DNA of 63,271 nucleotides, the filler included, from Globobulimina sp. (taxonomy: Eukaryota), in NCBI GenBank assembly GCA_003354225.1. It is 20 parts of 20 records of this genome, joined end to end, with 100 filler letters (N's around TTAATTAATTAA, not from the genome) between each part and the next. Parts side by side here need not be neighbours in the genome. Positions count along the whole stretch, not along the records: positions 1 to 3,072 come from PIVH01003809.1; positions 3,173 to 6,244 come from PIVH01003810.1; positions 6,345 to 9,415 come from PIVH01003811.1; positions 9,516 to 12,586 come from PIVH01003812.1; 16 more parts are not named here. One strand, 5' to 3'. The position numbers and the translations under genes were made by a program. The notes under the pieces were generated by a model. It worked only from the letters and a program-made list of their open reading frames with translations. It had not been told where the DNA came from and made no database searches. Position 1 is the stretch's first letter, and the number at the start of each line of letters is the position of its first letter. Positions 1 to 11,500 of this stretch are shown here, piece by piece.

Positions 1-2451
1 ATATCGCATGGAGCGAGTGGTGGCGACACTAAATTGGATGTGGACGAAGACGAAGAGGAGGAAGAGGCAGATCCATTTGATGTAGATTTACGATATCGAG
101 AGATTGGAACCTCCTTTTTCGAAGAATTGGAAAATACCAAAGAATATCAAGAATGCCATTATTATAAAATTGCATGGAAGCAACAAACGTCGCATTTAGT
201 GCCGGTCAATAAATTTTGGTGCGATTTTGCGGAGCATTTATTAGCGGATCGCGACGATGAAAAAAAAAACGTGAACTCGAAGAAAGCGTTTTTATCCAAA
301 CACTTTTTTTTGGCAACAACTTATTTCACTGAGATGGTCTTTGCTTTGTCCGTCTTAGATTTGCCAGTTTCGATCGAAAATGAATCGAAAGCGGCTCAAA
401 AAAAGAAGAATTTGGATACGTTGGAGATGACTGTTTCGTGCAGCAATGCGTCCATTATATTCAGCCAACAGTTGAAAGAAACGGCAATATCGACTTCGTC
501 GACTATCCATGTCGCAGTGTACTATTTTGACCCCGATGACATTTATGCGTATATTGACGATGAGCGAGTGGATAAGTTTGTGAGTTGCGACAGTTTCGAA
601 CCCACAAAAATCTATGGCTGTCGCGCAATTATTACAAATTCCAGCTCAGCGCAGCAAAATGTCGAGGTTTTGTATCAAATCCCAACGGGTTCCATTGCGG
701 TGAAAAAGGGATTAAACACCAAAACAGAATTTATCTCCATTGGAAGTTACAGTGGCAAGAATTTAGAATTTTATTTTTATTTCCCGCAACCTGGAAAATT
801 TAACATGTTTCCGGTGCAAATCTCAAAGAAAGGCAGAGTTTTAGGTTTTGGTGAGACGAAAGAAATCATTGTGTCATTTCCGACGGAGTCGAAAGAGATT
901 GATATCAATTCCTGGGAACAAGTCTCCATTGCTGGCGATCCAAACGATGTCTTAAATTATTTAAACAACGCAAATCATAATTTGTATGACACGGATTTGA
1001 GTCGAATATATTGGCGATTGGATGATGTCGCATTTTTCAAAGCATTGACAAAATTGTTGCGTGCTGCAGGCAAATATGATGGCAATGTATGGCGATATTC
1101 ATTGAAGCACCAACAATTAAGCGAATTGGGCGAGATTTTAGAGAGAAATGGATCGTTCAACAATAGGTATTTCCAACCCTCATTTTATTCGTCGTGGTAT
1201 CAATTTGATAGCATCAAAAATAAAAGTTATTCCTATTTGGAATATTATCCGTTAATCAATGCCCGGTCACATCAATTGGGCAAAAAAAGGAGAATTAATA
1301 ATGTACCGTTCAAATCGCAGTATAAATTATTTTTAGAATATGCCATTTTCCAAGCCATCAACATCCAAAGTTTACCCATTCATATTCTGTTGCAATCCGT
1401 GTATTATCTGTTACTGCAGGACCGTATCGACGAAAGTATAGAGATTTTCACATTGATTTCCCCGCAAAAAATAGCTTTATTATACCATGTGCAGTATGAT
1501 TACTTGCGGGCTTATTTGAATATTTATGACGAACAGGATATGTCCTGCAAAAGTGCCAGAAATGTGGTGTCCAAATACAAGAAAATCAAATATTTGTCGG
1601 AAAACAAAAAGAAATTGATTGCCGACATTGAATCGCAACTTTCTGAGTTGCAACTTGAGGATGACAGCGATGATGAAACAAAGGACGATCACAGTGATGA
1701 TTTGGAAGAGGAGGAAATCTCTGAAAAGGAGAGATTGCAGAAATTGATTCAGCCGTCCTTTGATTTTGAAATAAGAGATAGAAACATTCAATTTTCCTAT
1801 CATAAAATCTCGAAAATTAAAATGAATTTTTACAAAATGGATATTGAATTATTATTTTCAATGTCGCCATTTCTACGTTCGAATAATGACATTTTTAGCT
1901 ATATCCAGCCGAACGAGACATTGATTATCGACTTGCCATCGGATGGCAATGTAAAATTGTTTAATGTGTCCATTCCGCCCTCGCTGCAACATACAAATAT
2001 GTACATATCAGCCACGTCGATGGTGCCCGGCGATGTGACCTCGCCCAAATCGCAGGCTTTTTATGACCATCAGTTGATTGTGGAAATTAAGGACAGATTT
2101 GGTGTGTTGCGTGTGTTGGATCGTGAGCAATGGATAAATGTCCAAAAGGCATATGTTAAAGTGTACGCATTGGTTTCTGGCCAAGCCAAATTCCATAAAG
2201 ATGGCTATACGGATAGGAGAGGACAATTTGATTATGTTTCTGTGTCATCGCAACATTTAACCAAAACTACCCAATTTGCGATATTGATTGCCACGAAGAA
2301 ATATGGTTCGATGGTTAAAATCGTGCAAATCCCATCAGATTTAATTACGACAAGAAGTAGTACGACAGCTGCTGTTTCTGGTAAGCCGAGAAAAGAGATG
2401 GAAAGGAAACAAAAAAGAGGTTTTACTAAGAAAAAAGTGCGAAGAAAGTAA
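1..2451 (+). CDS. C-terminal ~815 aa of a large uncharacterised protein (5'-truncated), possibly with alpha-2-macroglobulin-like beta domains
   Basis: Frame open from base 1 with no intron. Conserved-looking blocks FWCDFA, EYYPLINARSHQLG, YKMDIELLFS and KFHKDGYTDRRGQFDY resemble a family of very large proteins I recall from both bacteria and protists. Confidence 0.7.
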   Translation: MSHGASGGDTKLDVDEDEEEEEADPFDVDLRYREIGTSFFEELENTKEYQECHYYKIAWKQQTSHLVPVNKFWCDFAEHLLADRDDEKKNVNSKKAFLSKHFFLATTYFTEMVFALSVLDLPVSIENESKAAQKKKNLDTLEMTVSCSNASIIFSQQLKETAISTSSTIHVAVYYFDPDDIYAYIDDERVDKFVSCDSFEPTKIYGCRAIITNSSSAQQNVEVLYQIPTGSIAVKKGLNTKTEFISIGSYSGKNLEFYFYFPQPGKFNMFPVQISKKGRVLGFGETKEIIVSFPTESKEIDINSWEQVSIAGDPNDVLNYLNNANHNLYDTDLSRIYWRLDDVAFFKALTKLLRAAGKYDGNVWRYSLKHQQLSELGEILERNGSFNNRYFQPSFYSSWYQFDSIKNKSYSYLEYYPLINARSHQLGKKRRINNVPFKSQYKLFLEYAIFQAINIQSLPIHILLQSVYYLLLQDRIDESIEIFTLISPQKIALLYHVQYDYLRAYLNIYDEQDMSCKSARNVVSKYKKIKYLSENKKKLIADIESQLSELQLEDDSDDETKDDHSDDLEEEEISEKERLQKLIQPSFDFEIRDRNIQFSYHKISKIKMNFYKMDIELLFSMSPFLRSNNDIFSYIQPNETLIIDLPSDGNVKLFNVSIPPSLQHTNMYISATSMVPGDVTSPKSQAFYDHQLIVEIKDRFGVLRVLDREQWINVQKAYVKVYALVSGQAKFHKDGYTDRRGQFDYVSVSSQHLTKTTQFAILIATKKYGSMVKIVQIPSDLITTRSSTTAAVSGKPRKEMERKQKRGFTKKKVRRK

Positions 2452-3072
2452 ATTATTATAATTTTCCTATTTTGTTTTTTTGCTTTGTAATATATATTTT
2501 TTATTAGTACATAATATAATAATTATTAATAAATACTTTATTCTCGTCTCAGAAACATATTTCTTTTTTGAAAACCCTGTAATTTTGGAACTAAAGAGAA
2601 AATAAAAAAAAATAAAAAAACTATTAGCTCGTGCAAACCTTAATGCAATCTCCAAAGTCTCGTTACAGCCGCAACAAAACGTCATTATTGATGGAATGGA
2701 GGATACTCCTCCAGCTACTTTAAACAGCAACAGTCCATATTCAGCAATCAAACGTAAAACAGATTCGATGAAAAATGTACAATCTTATGATTATTGGAGA
2801 TTGGAAACAAAGTGGCACTGAGTTAGTTGTTAATGATCGTATTGATAACAAGGAATGGTCGACAGCATGGAAGAGGTTGGCGAGATTGCCAGTGCTTGGA
2901 ATGATGCATTTAAATGTTTATAAATTTTTGGTGGGACATTTAGGGATTAGATGAATTTACTCAGCTGATTGGCTGGAGAAAGGTAGTTTTGTGGCACTTT
3001 TCGGTGAATTGAAAATAATTATTTAAAATTAGTATATACTTCGATAATATTTATTTATTATGATTATGATAG

Positions 3073-3172
3073 NNNNNNNNNNNNNNNNNNNNNNNNNNNN
3101 NNNNNNNNNNNNNNNNTTAATTAATTAANNNNNNNNNNNNNNNNNNNNNNNNNNNNNNNNNNNNNNNNNNNN
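3073..3172. other. Artificial contig-joining spacer (first of 19)
   Basis: N44 + TTAATTAATTAA (stops in all six frames) + N44. Identical spacers start at 3073, 6245, 9416, 12587, 15758, 18929, 22099, 25268, 28437, 31605, 34773, 37941, 41108, 44275, 47442, 50609, 53775, 56941 and 60107. Contig lengths fall from 3072 to 3065. Confidence 0.99.
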
Positions 3173-3319
3173 TGGATGAATGTAAAAATGTTTTGGATCT
3201 TATCAAAAAAACCAGGCGCAACGAGAAAATCCAACTGAAAAAATATATACAAGCAACAGCAACAGCAACCAATCAAACAAACAAATTAAAAACAAAAAAC
3301 AACAAACAAAACAAAAAAA

Positions 3320-6145
3320 CTATATACTTTTCAATCTTTGCACATTGGGACTTTTCTCCGCATCGACGTCCGAAATGCCCAAATATTCCTTAATATTCTC
3401 ATCCTGATCGATGAACCATTCGTGATATCGATAGGCGTCTTCATCGAACTCTTCCTCTTCCAGCGGCTGCGGATATTTATAAGCCAACAAATCGGAGATG
3501 ACGCCCTTTGTGATCTGCAACTGCTTCAACACCAAAAGAATGTGCGACTGGTTTTTATTGCGCACAAACAACAAATACAACATGCGATAAAACATTTTAT
3601 TGCGTTCCTCCTGGTCGCTCATCTCGAGGTACTCGTTTTTGACCTGCTCGAAAGACAACAAATACTGCATTTGGATGAATTTGTCCTCGGCACACACCGC
3701 CTCCAACGCATTCTGGTCCTTTACGTCCACCACAAACACGTTCTGAGTGAACACCTCTTCGCCCAAAATGCCCTTCAACTTCTTGAGCACATTGATGTTG
3801 TTACTGATGCACATCTCCACTACGATGGAGTCCTCCGCATAAAACGACTCGCAGTCCGCCTCATCCTCAAACTCGAACTCCGTCAGCAAAAAAATGATTT
3901 CCTTCTGCGAAATGTCCAAATGCTTCAACACCGTGTCGATGATGTCGCAGTTCCAGCACATGGAAAACAAGTGGAACACCAGCCGATAGCGCCACTTCTT
4001 GCTCTTGGTGTAGATGGTGAGCACGTCGCGGATGGAGAGGATCTCCTGAATCACCGACAAGTGGTTGTTGCGCATGGCGTACTCGATGGGCGTTATCGCG
4101 AACTCGTCCTCTTCGAAGAGCTCCTCTATGATCTCGTCGGTCGACATCAGCGAAATAATGAACTTGAACGCCGACAGTTTGCCCCGTTCGCAGATCGGAG
4201 ACAAGATGCAAATGTCGTGCGTCTCGTCGTGGTTCAGCAGGTCTTTCTTCTTCATGTTGTTGAACACCATCAGGCCGCATAAGCCGTACACATCGCCCAT
4301 CGTCGCGTACACTTTTAACTGCGACTCGCGGTTCAGCAGACTCGGCAGGATCTTGCTGACACTGTTCGCCATAAACGACTCTTCGCGCACGATTTCGTAC
4401 AAATTGTGGGCGTGCTTCTTGAAATTGATCATGGTCTTCAGACTGAACTGGATCTCGCCGGTGATGTTGTTGCGAGGGCCGCGGATCAAAACATTTAGCT
4501 TAATGTCGGCGTAGCGGCGCCCTTTCTTGACGTATTTGGGGAAGCCGTTCTTGCAACGAACGATACCAATCACTGCGCCGGCTTGGTACGAACGCACTTT
4601 GTTGACAAACAATTTCAGCGCAAACAGCATGCTGTTGATGTCCGTGAAGACCAACGAGCACCGATTCAAATCGATGATGCACGCCGAGGTCGGGTACCGT
4701 TGGTCGAAATAGTCGTTTTCCGCCTTGCTGCGAGCACGAGACAACAACTTGACTGGTCCGCGCGTGTAATATATGAAAATGTCCTGTTTCTGCTCTTCAA
4801 TGATGCCGATATTGGTGAAGTTGTTCACATTGAACATCTTTTTCACAGATTTATGAAAGGAATCGTCCACGATTTGCGCCAATAAGGTGACGCGACTTAA
4901 ATATTGATGATGGTCATAGAATTTGGCGCCATCGAAGGTCTCGTTACTGGCATCATAATTTAACTGCGAATACGTGTATTCCCCGGTGATGCCATTGGGT
5001 ATGTTGTCCTGTCGGGGCGTCTTTTCATTGATCATTACTAAGTCTCTGGAATCCACTGAAAACGACACGAGATTTTTCCAACCTTCTTCGTTTTCGGCCG
5101 CTTCCGCAGCTAAATTGCGCTCCAATTCATCCAATTGTAATTCAGATTGTTCTGTTACGAGTTTTAAGAGTTCATAATATAAATATTTCTGCGTTTTGCG
5201 AAATACCGTGGTTTGACTCCTTTTTTCGTCATCTTTGATCGGTTCGAGAAACTCAGTCTTGGTGTACCAGATCTATATTGTTAGAAAAACGTGTTTTGCA
5301 CACATATAAGTCCGAAAAAATCCGAAATAAATCACAAAAATATTGAAAAAATCTGAAAAAAATAAAAACGTTTTTATAGGGATATATATATTGATTGTAA
5401 ATACCTTGGAGGGCAAGATACAATTTTGGAGCCAAAACCAGTCTCTTTTGTCCTTGCCGCTAATGGTCTCTTTGCATGTTTTCGTAATACATTGATACAA
5501 TTCGGATAAGCGTACATTTGCATATTTGTCTGTTTCGAACTTCCAGCATAGATTTAATATGTCGTCTGAAAAAGTTAATTTTTTGCTGATTATATTGATC
5601 ATTAATTCGACACATATTTTCCTGAATATTTCCTTGCTTTGGGCACCGATTAAACCTAATTCATTCACTATATTTTGAATAATGCCGTTTTGTTTATTTA
5701 GCGCATGCGACACATCTTTTATTTTTTCACCAATCGAGGCCTCCATTTCATTGAATAATAGTAATTGCTCGGTATGGCTCATCATAGCTTCTTGACTCTC
5801 TTCCAAGGCGGTGTTGCCGTCATCGTTTTTGTGATTTAATTTCGCGCCTAAATTAATGCATAATTGGGTGATGGAATAGTTTCCAATATAGGCTGCAAAC
5901 TGCAATAAAGTCCATCCATTGTCATTGACATCATCCATTAATATGACTTTGTCTTTAATCAATTTCTTGACTGCGTCTGTATCGTTTTTAAGTTTGTTTT
6001 CGATATTATCCCAAAATTGTTTTGAATGGCGGTTTGAGGATGATTTGTCTTTCATTTTTTGTTCTTGTTGCAAGGCAAAGTATGCCTTATGTAAAGCTTC
6101 CAATTCTGTCTTTAATTCTGCGTTTTCCTGCTTCAATTCCTCCAT
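3320..6145 (-). CDS. Ankyrin-repeat / RelA-SpoT-like nucleotidyltransferase / ankyrin-repeat protein (~897 aa, 2 exons)
   Basis: GT-AG intron 5273-5404 joins the two ORFs in frame (CILPSK|IWYTK). N-terminal ankyrins GWTLLQFAA and GNTALE; central GPVKxxxRxxxKxxxDY..DLNRCSLVF..IVRCKNGF..YADIKLNV..GEIQF..AHNLYE; C-terminal ankyrin-like repeats (ITPIEYA, QNALEAVC). Confidence 0.8.
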
Positions 6146-6481
6146 AATGTTCGCTCGCGAAAGTGCGCTTTGTGCTTTGCTGGTGGTTTCTTCACAGTAG
6201 TCTTTTGTTTAAAATATACTTGCACATGCAAGTGATGCAACTTTNNNNNNNNNNNNNNNNNNNNNNNNNNNNNNNNNNNNNNNNNNNNTTAATTAATTAA
6301 NNNNNNNNNNNNNNNNNNNNNNNNNNNNNNNNNNNNNNNNNNNNTGAAAAAAAAAACGGAAAAAATGAATTAATTTAGTCATTTCATGGTTACAACTTAC
6401 AAGTCAGCACAAAGCACAAACACAGACAAAATGCATCAAACTGCATATTAAAAACAACACGAAATTTAATACATAAACTCC

Positions 6482-7932
6482 TCAATAATCACACGGATTA
6501 CATTTTTTTTTGATAGGTCCTCTATTTATACCATACGCTCTTCCATCGACACTGATAAAACTCTCGGATCCACCAAAATTGCCCTGTAAAGACAATCTCT
6601 GTAATTCATGTCCTTGCTCTTTCTTCAACCTCTCAAATAATTGTGTATCATAAATAATGTGCCCAACTAACTCCTCAAAGCCCTTTTTCATATATTTGAT
6701 ATATTCACCCATTTTACATGATATATTATACGTTTTAATATTAAACATCTCTGCATATAATTTAACATTATCAATAATTCCCTCACCCGTTGATTGATTA
6801 TCGTACAGCAAATCCATTTTGTTACAGAATAATATCATATCTACATCGTCGCAACAATTCTCTTTGGCCTGTTTTACCCAAAAATGGATATTTTTCCATG
6901 ATTCTATATCTGTACATGTAATTAACACATATTTGCACCATTATTATATTTATAATGAGTGAAATAATTAACTATAACACCTGTAATGTCGCACATCAGC
7001 AACACTCCGTGTACGCCCCTGTAATATTGTTTTGTTATGTTTTTAAATATTTCCTGTCCGGAGGGGTCCATTAATAATATCTCTATGTTATAATCTCGAT
7101 ATTTTTTTATGGTCATAAAACATGAGCAATCAACACCAATGGTTGGCAATACGTTGCTATCAAAATTATTTATTTCCAATCTCCGACGCAAAGTAGTTTT
7201 ACCAACACCAGCATCTCCGAGTAATATTATTTTTATTTTCAAAGCTTCTGGATCTCTTTGGAATGGTTTTATTGTCGTTATTTTAACAGTTTCTTGCTGT
7301 TCAATTTCGGCATGTGCTGGTTTGACAAGTTTTTGTGGCTCAGGTTTTTTTATTTCCGCAGGTTGACATGGTGTGCTGTTTCGTTTGTCTTCACCTTTGA
7401 TTACTGGCGTTCTGAATGCATCAATAATGGTTGTAAATATGTTTTGTATGTCCAATGATTGTGACAAACAAACTGTTTGATAATGCATATTTTTGTGTTT
7501 TGCACATTGCTCAGCTTCTGAATGCTTTGTAATTGCGTGTTGCGATAAAACATCCTCTCTGTATTTTGTTGTTCCAATCAATAATAAGATTGGATACCTT
7601 TGTTTATTTTGTGTTATTTCTGTAATCCATTGTTTTGCTACTTCAAATGTTGATGATTCGTAGATATCAAAGCATATAACGATAGCATCCACATTTGACC
7701 ATAAATTATTCGATGTTATATCAGTCACTGATGAACCACAAATATCGCGAATGCTTAATTCATACAATTTATTGTTATGTTTAACAGAATGAACTGTTGT
7801 CATTGTTTGCATTTCAGCAGCATGTATATGCGAATGCAAATAATTTCTTCCTGTGTACTTATAAACAATTGTCGATTTGCCAGTGGATTGTGCACCAACA
7901 ATTGTTACATTGATAGATATATCACCTCCCAT
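6482..7932 (-). CDS. Tandem double Ras/Rab-like small GTPase (2 exons)
   Basis: Domain 1: GAQSTGKS, DICG, degenerate G4. Domain 2: GDAGVGKT, PTIGVD, DPSGQE, YYRG, NKMD, SCK. GT-AG intron 6910-6980 restores CDIT-DIESW. Confidence 0.85.
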
Positions 7933-7996
7933 TTGAGTGCCAAAGTAGTTACATCGAGTTTTTTTTATTTACTTTTGTCAGTTGTCACTGTAAACA

Positions 7997-9251
7997 ATGG
8001 CAACAAACCCTAACCGACAAAAGCAATCACACCCCTTTGTGCAAGCGCAACCAATATCATTTGTAGGGCAACCAGCACAGTCCTATTATAATCCAAATGA
8101 AAAGAAACAACTCCAATCCCAGCAAGACCGATACAAACCTGTAACAACTATCAGCCGACAGAGAGATTCCGACGATTCAATTTCAATCGAAATCCAAAAA
8201 CCACCCAAAAAAAGCAAACCAAAAAAACAAAAACAACGAATTAATCCCAACGAAGAATCAAAAGAAAGCAAAGGTATATTATCCAAAATCGCAGACACTG
8301 CCAAAGAAGTCGTGGCTGCATCTAAAACAAAACCAAAACACGAAATAAAAACCGATTATATCATCGAGTTACCGCGTGACATATTAACTGCGTTTTTTTT
8401 ATTGCGGCTCCCGCGCGATGACTCCCGTCGGAGAGTTAAAAAAGGGCTGCAATTGAAACCATACTGGACGGATTATACCTTATTTGGTAAAGTATGCCTA
8501 TGGTTCAGTTTATTAATCCCATACACCATCCAATGGTTTGTGTTATGTGTTTTATTGCGGGAATTGGCGAGTAAATGGACAGAGTTAAAGGCAGTGGATG
8601 CTCAGGATGACTTTTGGTATAATACAGTGGCGTTTTCTGTGCTGTTCCTATATATGTGGAAGGATTTGGCGCAGTTTTATTTTTCAGTGTGGTTTTATAT
8701 TATGTGGCTGCAGAAAAAGCAAGGCGGGATCTTGGATAATTTGAAAAAAGCTGCCAGCGCCGCTGGGGATTTAGCTCGGACGGTGACGCATTCTGCGGAT
8801 GCAATACAGGAAGAAAGTGCTGGCGACGCAGTGCATAATGCAACTGATGCGGTCATGTGGTTAGAGTTCAGATTATGGTATGCAAAGTTGCTGTTTTTTG
8901 TTGTGTGTATTTAGGGATTTAATATATAGGTTGTTGTCTGTGGTGTTTTTATATTTTGGGCTGACGTGCTATTCATTGCTATCTATACCATTGGAGGAAG
9001 GATTGGTTGGTAAATTGGAGATAAGTTTGAGTATATTCTTTGTGTTGGAAGTGGATGACTGGGCGTATGAATTGTTTATAGCGCAGGCAAATATTTTGGA
9101 TGATGAGGAGTTTGATGTTAATGTGGTGGTTAAGAAAGATAGAGCAGGCTTTGTAAAGAAACAACAAAAACACTTGGCTACTACTATTGCTTTGGTGATT
9201 TCGTCAATTTTAGGCTTTTGGTTGTTAGGATGGGGCTTAAATCAGATATGA
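7997..9251 (+). CDS. Multi-pass membrane protein of unknown function (2 exons)
   Basis: Hydrophilic N-terminus and 4-5 hydrophobic segments; FFVLEVDDW motif. A 37-nt GTATGC..TTAG intron at 8878-8914 joins the two ORFs in frame. Confidence 0.7.
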
Positions 9252-9745
9252 GCTGTGATGTATGTGCATGCCAGTATATTATAGTAATATTAATTGTACA
9301 TTTTAATAATTGTGTTATATATATGAAGACTTGCATTTTAAAACCAAACCTTACTCTTTGTTTTGTTTAACTTCCATCAAAATCATCAAGAACGTGCTTA
9401 ACCACATTAAAACCANNNNNNNNNNNNNNNNNNNNNNNNNNNNNNNNNNNNNNNNNNNNTTAATTAATTAANNNNNNNNNNNNNNNNNNNNNNNNNNNNN
9501 NNNNNNNNNNNNNNNCCGAAAAGAAAGCCGCTTCGGAGCGAAAGGTTCGATCAAAATCGCGGTCGACACGTCAGAGTAATGCAAGTAGGAAAAATTCAAA
9601 TGACTCGGATCCAAATAGTAAGAGTCCGAAGAAATATCGAAAACGGTCGTCGCCGAAAGCCAGGTCTCCACCGAGCAAAAAAAAAAGAAAAAATGAAATT
9701 ATTATAAAACAGAAAAGGAAGACTCGCCGCAATCAACGCCAAACT

Positions 9746-10045
9746 GTGCCAAGTTACGGCAACAATGATGAGGCTATGGCGAGAACCGTGAAAATTAAAC
9801 GAAATTCAAAGAATGTGGTGTTGCCCATCGCCAATGTGGCATTTCCAAAAAGTTCAAAATCTGCGGCCGTTCCAAAATTGGCTATCGATATTTCCGATGG
9901 TTTGAATTCAAAATGGAACGCACCGAAAAGAATTATGACGCCGCCACCGGAAATACATAGACATAAATATAAAAAGGACACATTTCATACTGCTGCGACT
10001 GTCATGTCTTCACAATCGCTGTTTATAAGGAACATAATAAAATGA
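9746..10045 (+). CDS. Probable 3' fragment of a low-complexity Ser/Lys-rich protein
   Basis: Coding-like composition from the contig start, followed by a T-rich 3'UTR-like tract; no recognisable domain. Confidence 0.3.
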   Translation: MPSYGNNDEAMARTVKIKRNSKNVVLPIANVAFPKSSKSAAVPKLAIDISDGLNSKWNAPKRIMTPPPEIHRHKYKKDTFHTAATVMSSQSLFIRNIIK

Positions 10046-10311
10046 TACTGTATTGGTTTTTTTTTCTCATTTTGGCTATGTAGTTTCTTTCATTTTCATT
10101 TTTTAATTTAATTTCCTTTCCTATATTGTGTATAATCAATGATATCTCATATTGATTGCGATTATATATTGTTTTAATTTGCTTTAATTTTTAAATGTGT
10201 AATTTGTTTTAATTTATTTTTAAAATATAGGCGAAAGAATAGAAAGTCTGCAGTCTGCGGTCAGTGGACAAGGAACAACCGAACAAGCAATGTGTAGACA
10301 TTGAAAAAACG

Positions 10312-11265
10312 TTAATTATAAAGCTTAAAAACTTCAAAAGATTTTATTTTACTATCAGTAGAACCATTGCCACCAATAAGTTGCTTTACTGTAAAGTCAT
10401 AAGCGAGAGGTATCGTATAACAGCTACTAATTTTCTGTCCTGGATATGGTATCATTGGCACATAACATTGTAGCATAATCATTAAATCACCACCACCAAA
10501 ACAAACAATAGCGTGGCAACCTGTGGACATTGCCCTGCACTGCAGATTTTTTTTTATTCCAAATATTTGTGGTTTGCTTACTAATGATCGGATTGTATAC
10601 AAAAAAGAAAATCGATCCAAACGCCAGTAGTCTGCAGATGTACCACGTATAAACTCAAGTGGATTATTTCCCCATGGAAATTTATTTTGCGGTATTCCAC
10701 CCGATACAAAACCACCAAATACATTATCAAACTCGTTTTTTATTAACAGCAACGTATTTTTATGCCCAATACATGCCGCATTATATTCAGATTTATTGAA
10801 ATCAGAGTCAATATTATAACAACCATATAATAATTCAAAATGCATTGTATGAATCATAAGTTTTTTCTGAAATTCTGGTATTAACAATGAATATAAATCC
10901 ACTTGCTCTGATTCTGTCAATATATGTGATTCCATAATGATTCCAACATAATCCAAACAAAGATGAATCAAATCGTATGTCAACCTACGGCCAGCTGAAG
11001 GCTCCATGTTCCAAAAAAGAACTTTTGTTGTTGTTGCTGTTGTAAGTCTCTCTGTCACCCAATATCTCTTCGATAAGGAATGGTAACCACACCAGAGAAC
11101 GTAACATAAAATAAATACGAGGGCGCAGATACTGGGCGTGGCCCAATTCTGCACTATTTGACACAAAGCGGTAAGATGAGACATTTGAGAATGAGGGTTT
11201 TTTACTTCGTTAGTTGATAACAAAAAAACATCTCGGCCTGAACCCAACAAACATCCTTTCGCCAC
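10312..11265 (-). CDS. TLDc-domain protein (true start uncertain)
   Basis: FELLY..GHKNTLLLIKNEFDNVFGGF..SFLYTI..CFGGGDL..IKSFEVF matches the TLDc motif order. Confidence 0.8.
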   Translation of the reverse strand: MAKGCLLGSGRDVFLLSTNEVKNPHSQMSHLTALCQIVQNWATPSICALVFILCYVLWCGYHSLSKRYWVTERLTTATTTKVLFWNMEPSAGRRLTYDLIHLCLDYVGIIMESHILTESEQVDLYSLLIPEFQKKLMIHTMHFELLYGCYNIDSDFNKSEYNAACIGHKNTLLLIKNEFDNVFGGFVSGGIPQNKFPWGNNPLEFIRGTSADYWRLDRFSFLYTIRSLVSKPQIFGIKKNLQCRAMSTGCHAIVCFGGGDLMIMLQCYVPMIPYPGQKISSCYTIPLAYDFTVKQLIGGNGSTDSKIKSFEVFKLYN

Positions 11266-11500
11266 AAATTACAAAATTCTGTGCACTGATTTATCATGGT
11301 ACGTAAACATTTGTTGTTTTCTCAAAAATCGGTGCATGAATTTTCATGATTTGCAACCAATTCACAGAAAGTCCATAGCATTCGGCTCACAAAAATAAAT
11401 TATAAAACATGCAAAATATAAAATAATTAGCCTCGTTCAAACAAACGAAACATGAAAACCGAAACAATCCCCACAACAAAACAAAACAAACCTAAATGCA

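Noticed and set aside
3338-4282. 314-aa plus-strand ORF and neighbouring overlapping ORFs
   Set aside because: Antisense shadows of the GC3-rich minus-strand gene; no domain signal.
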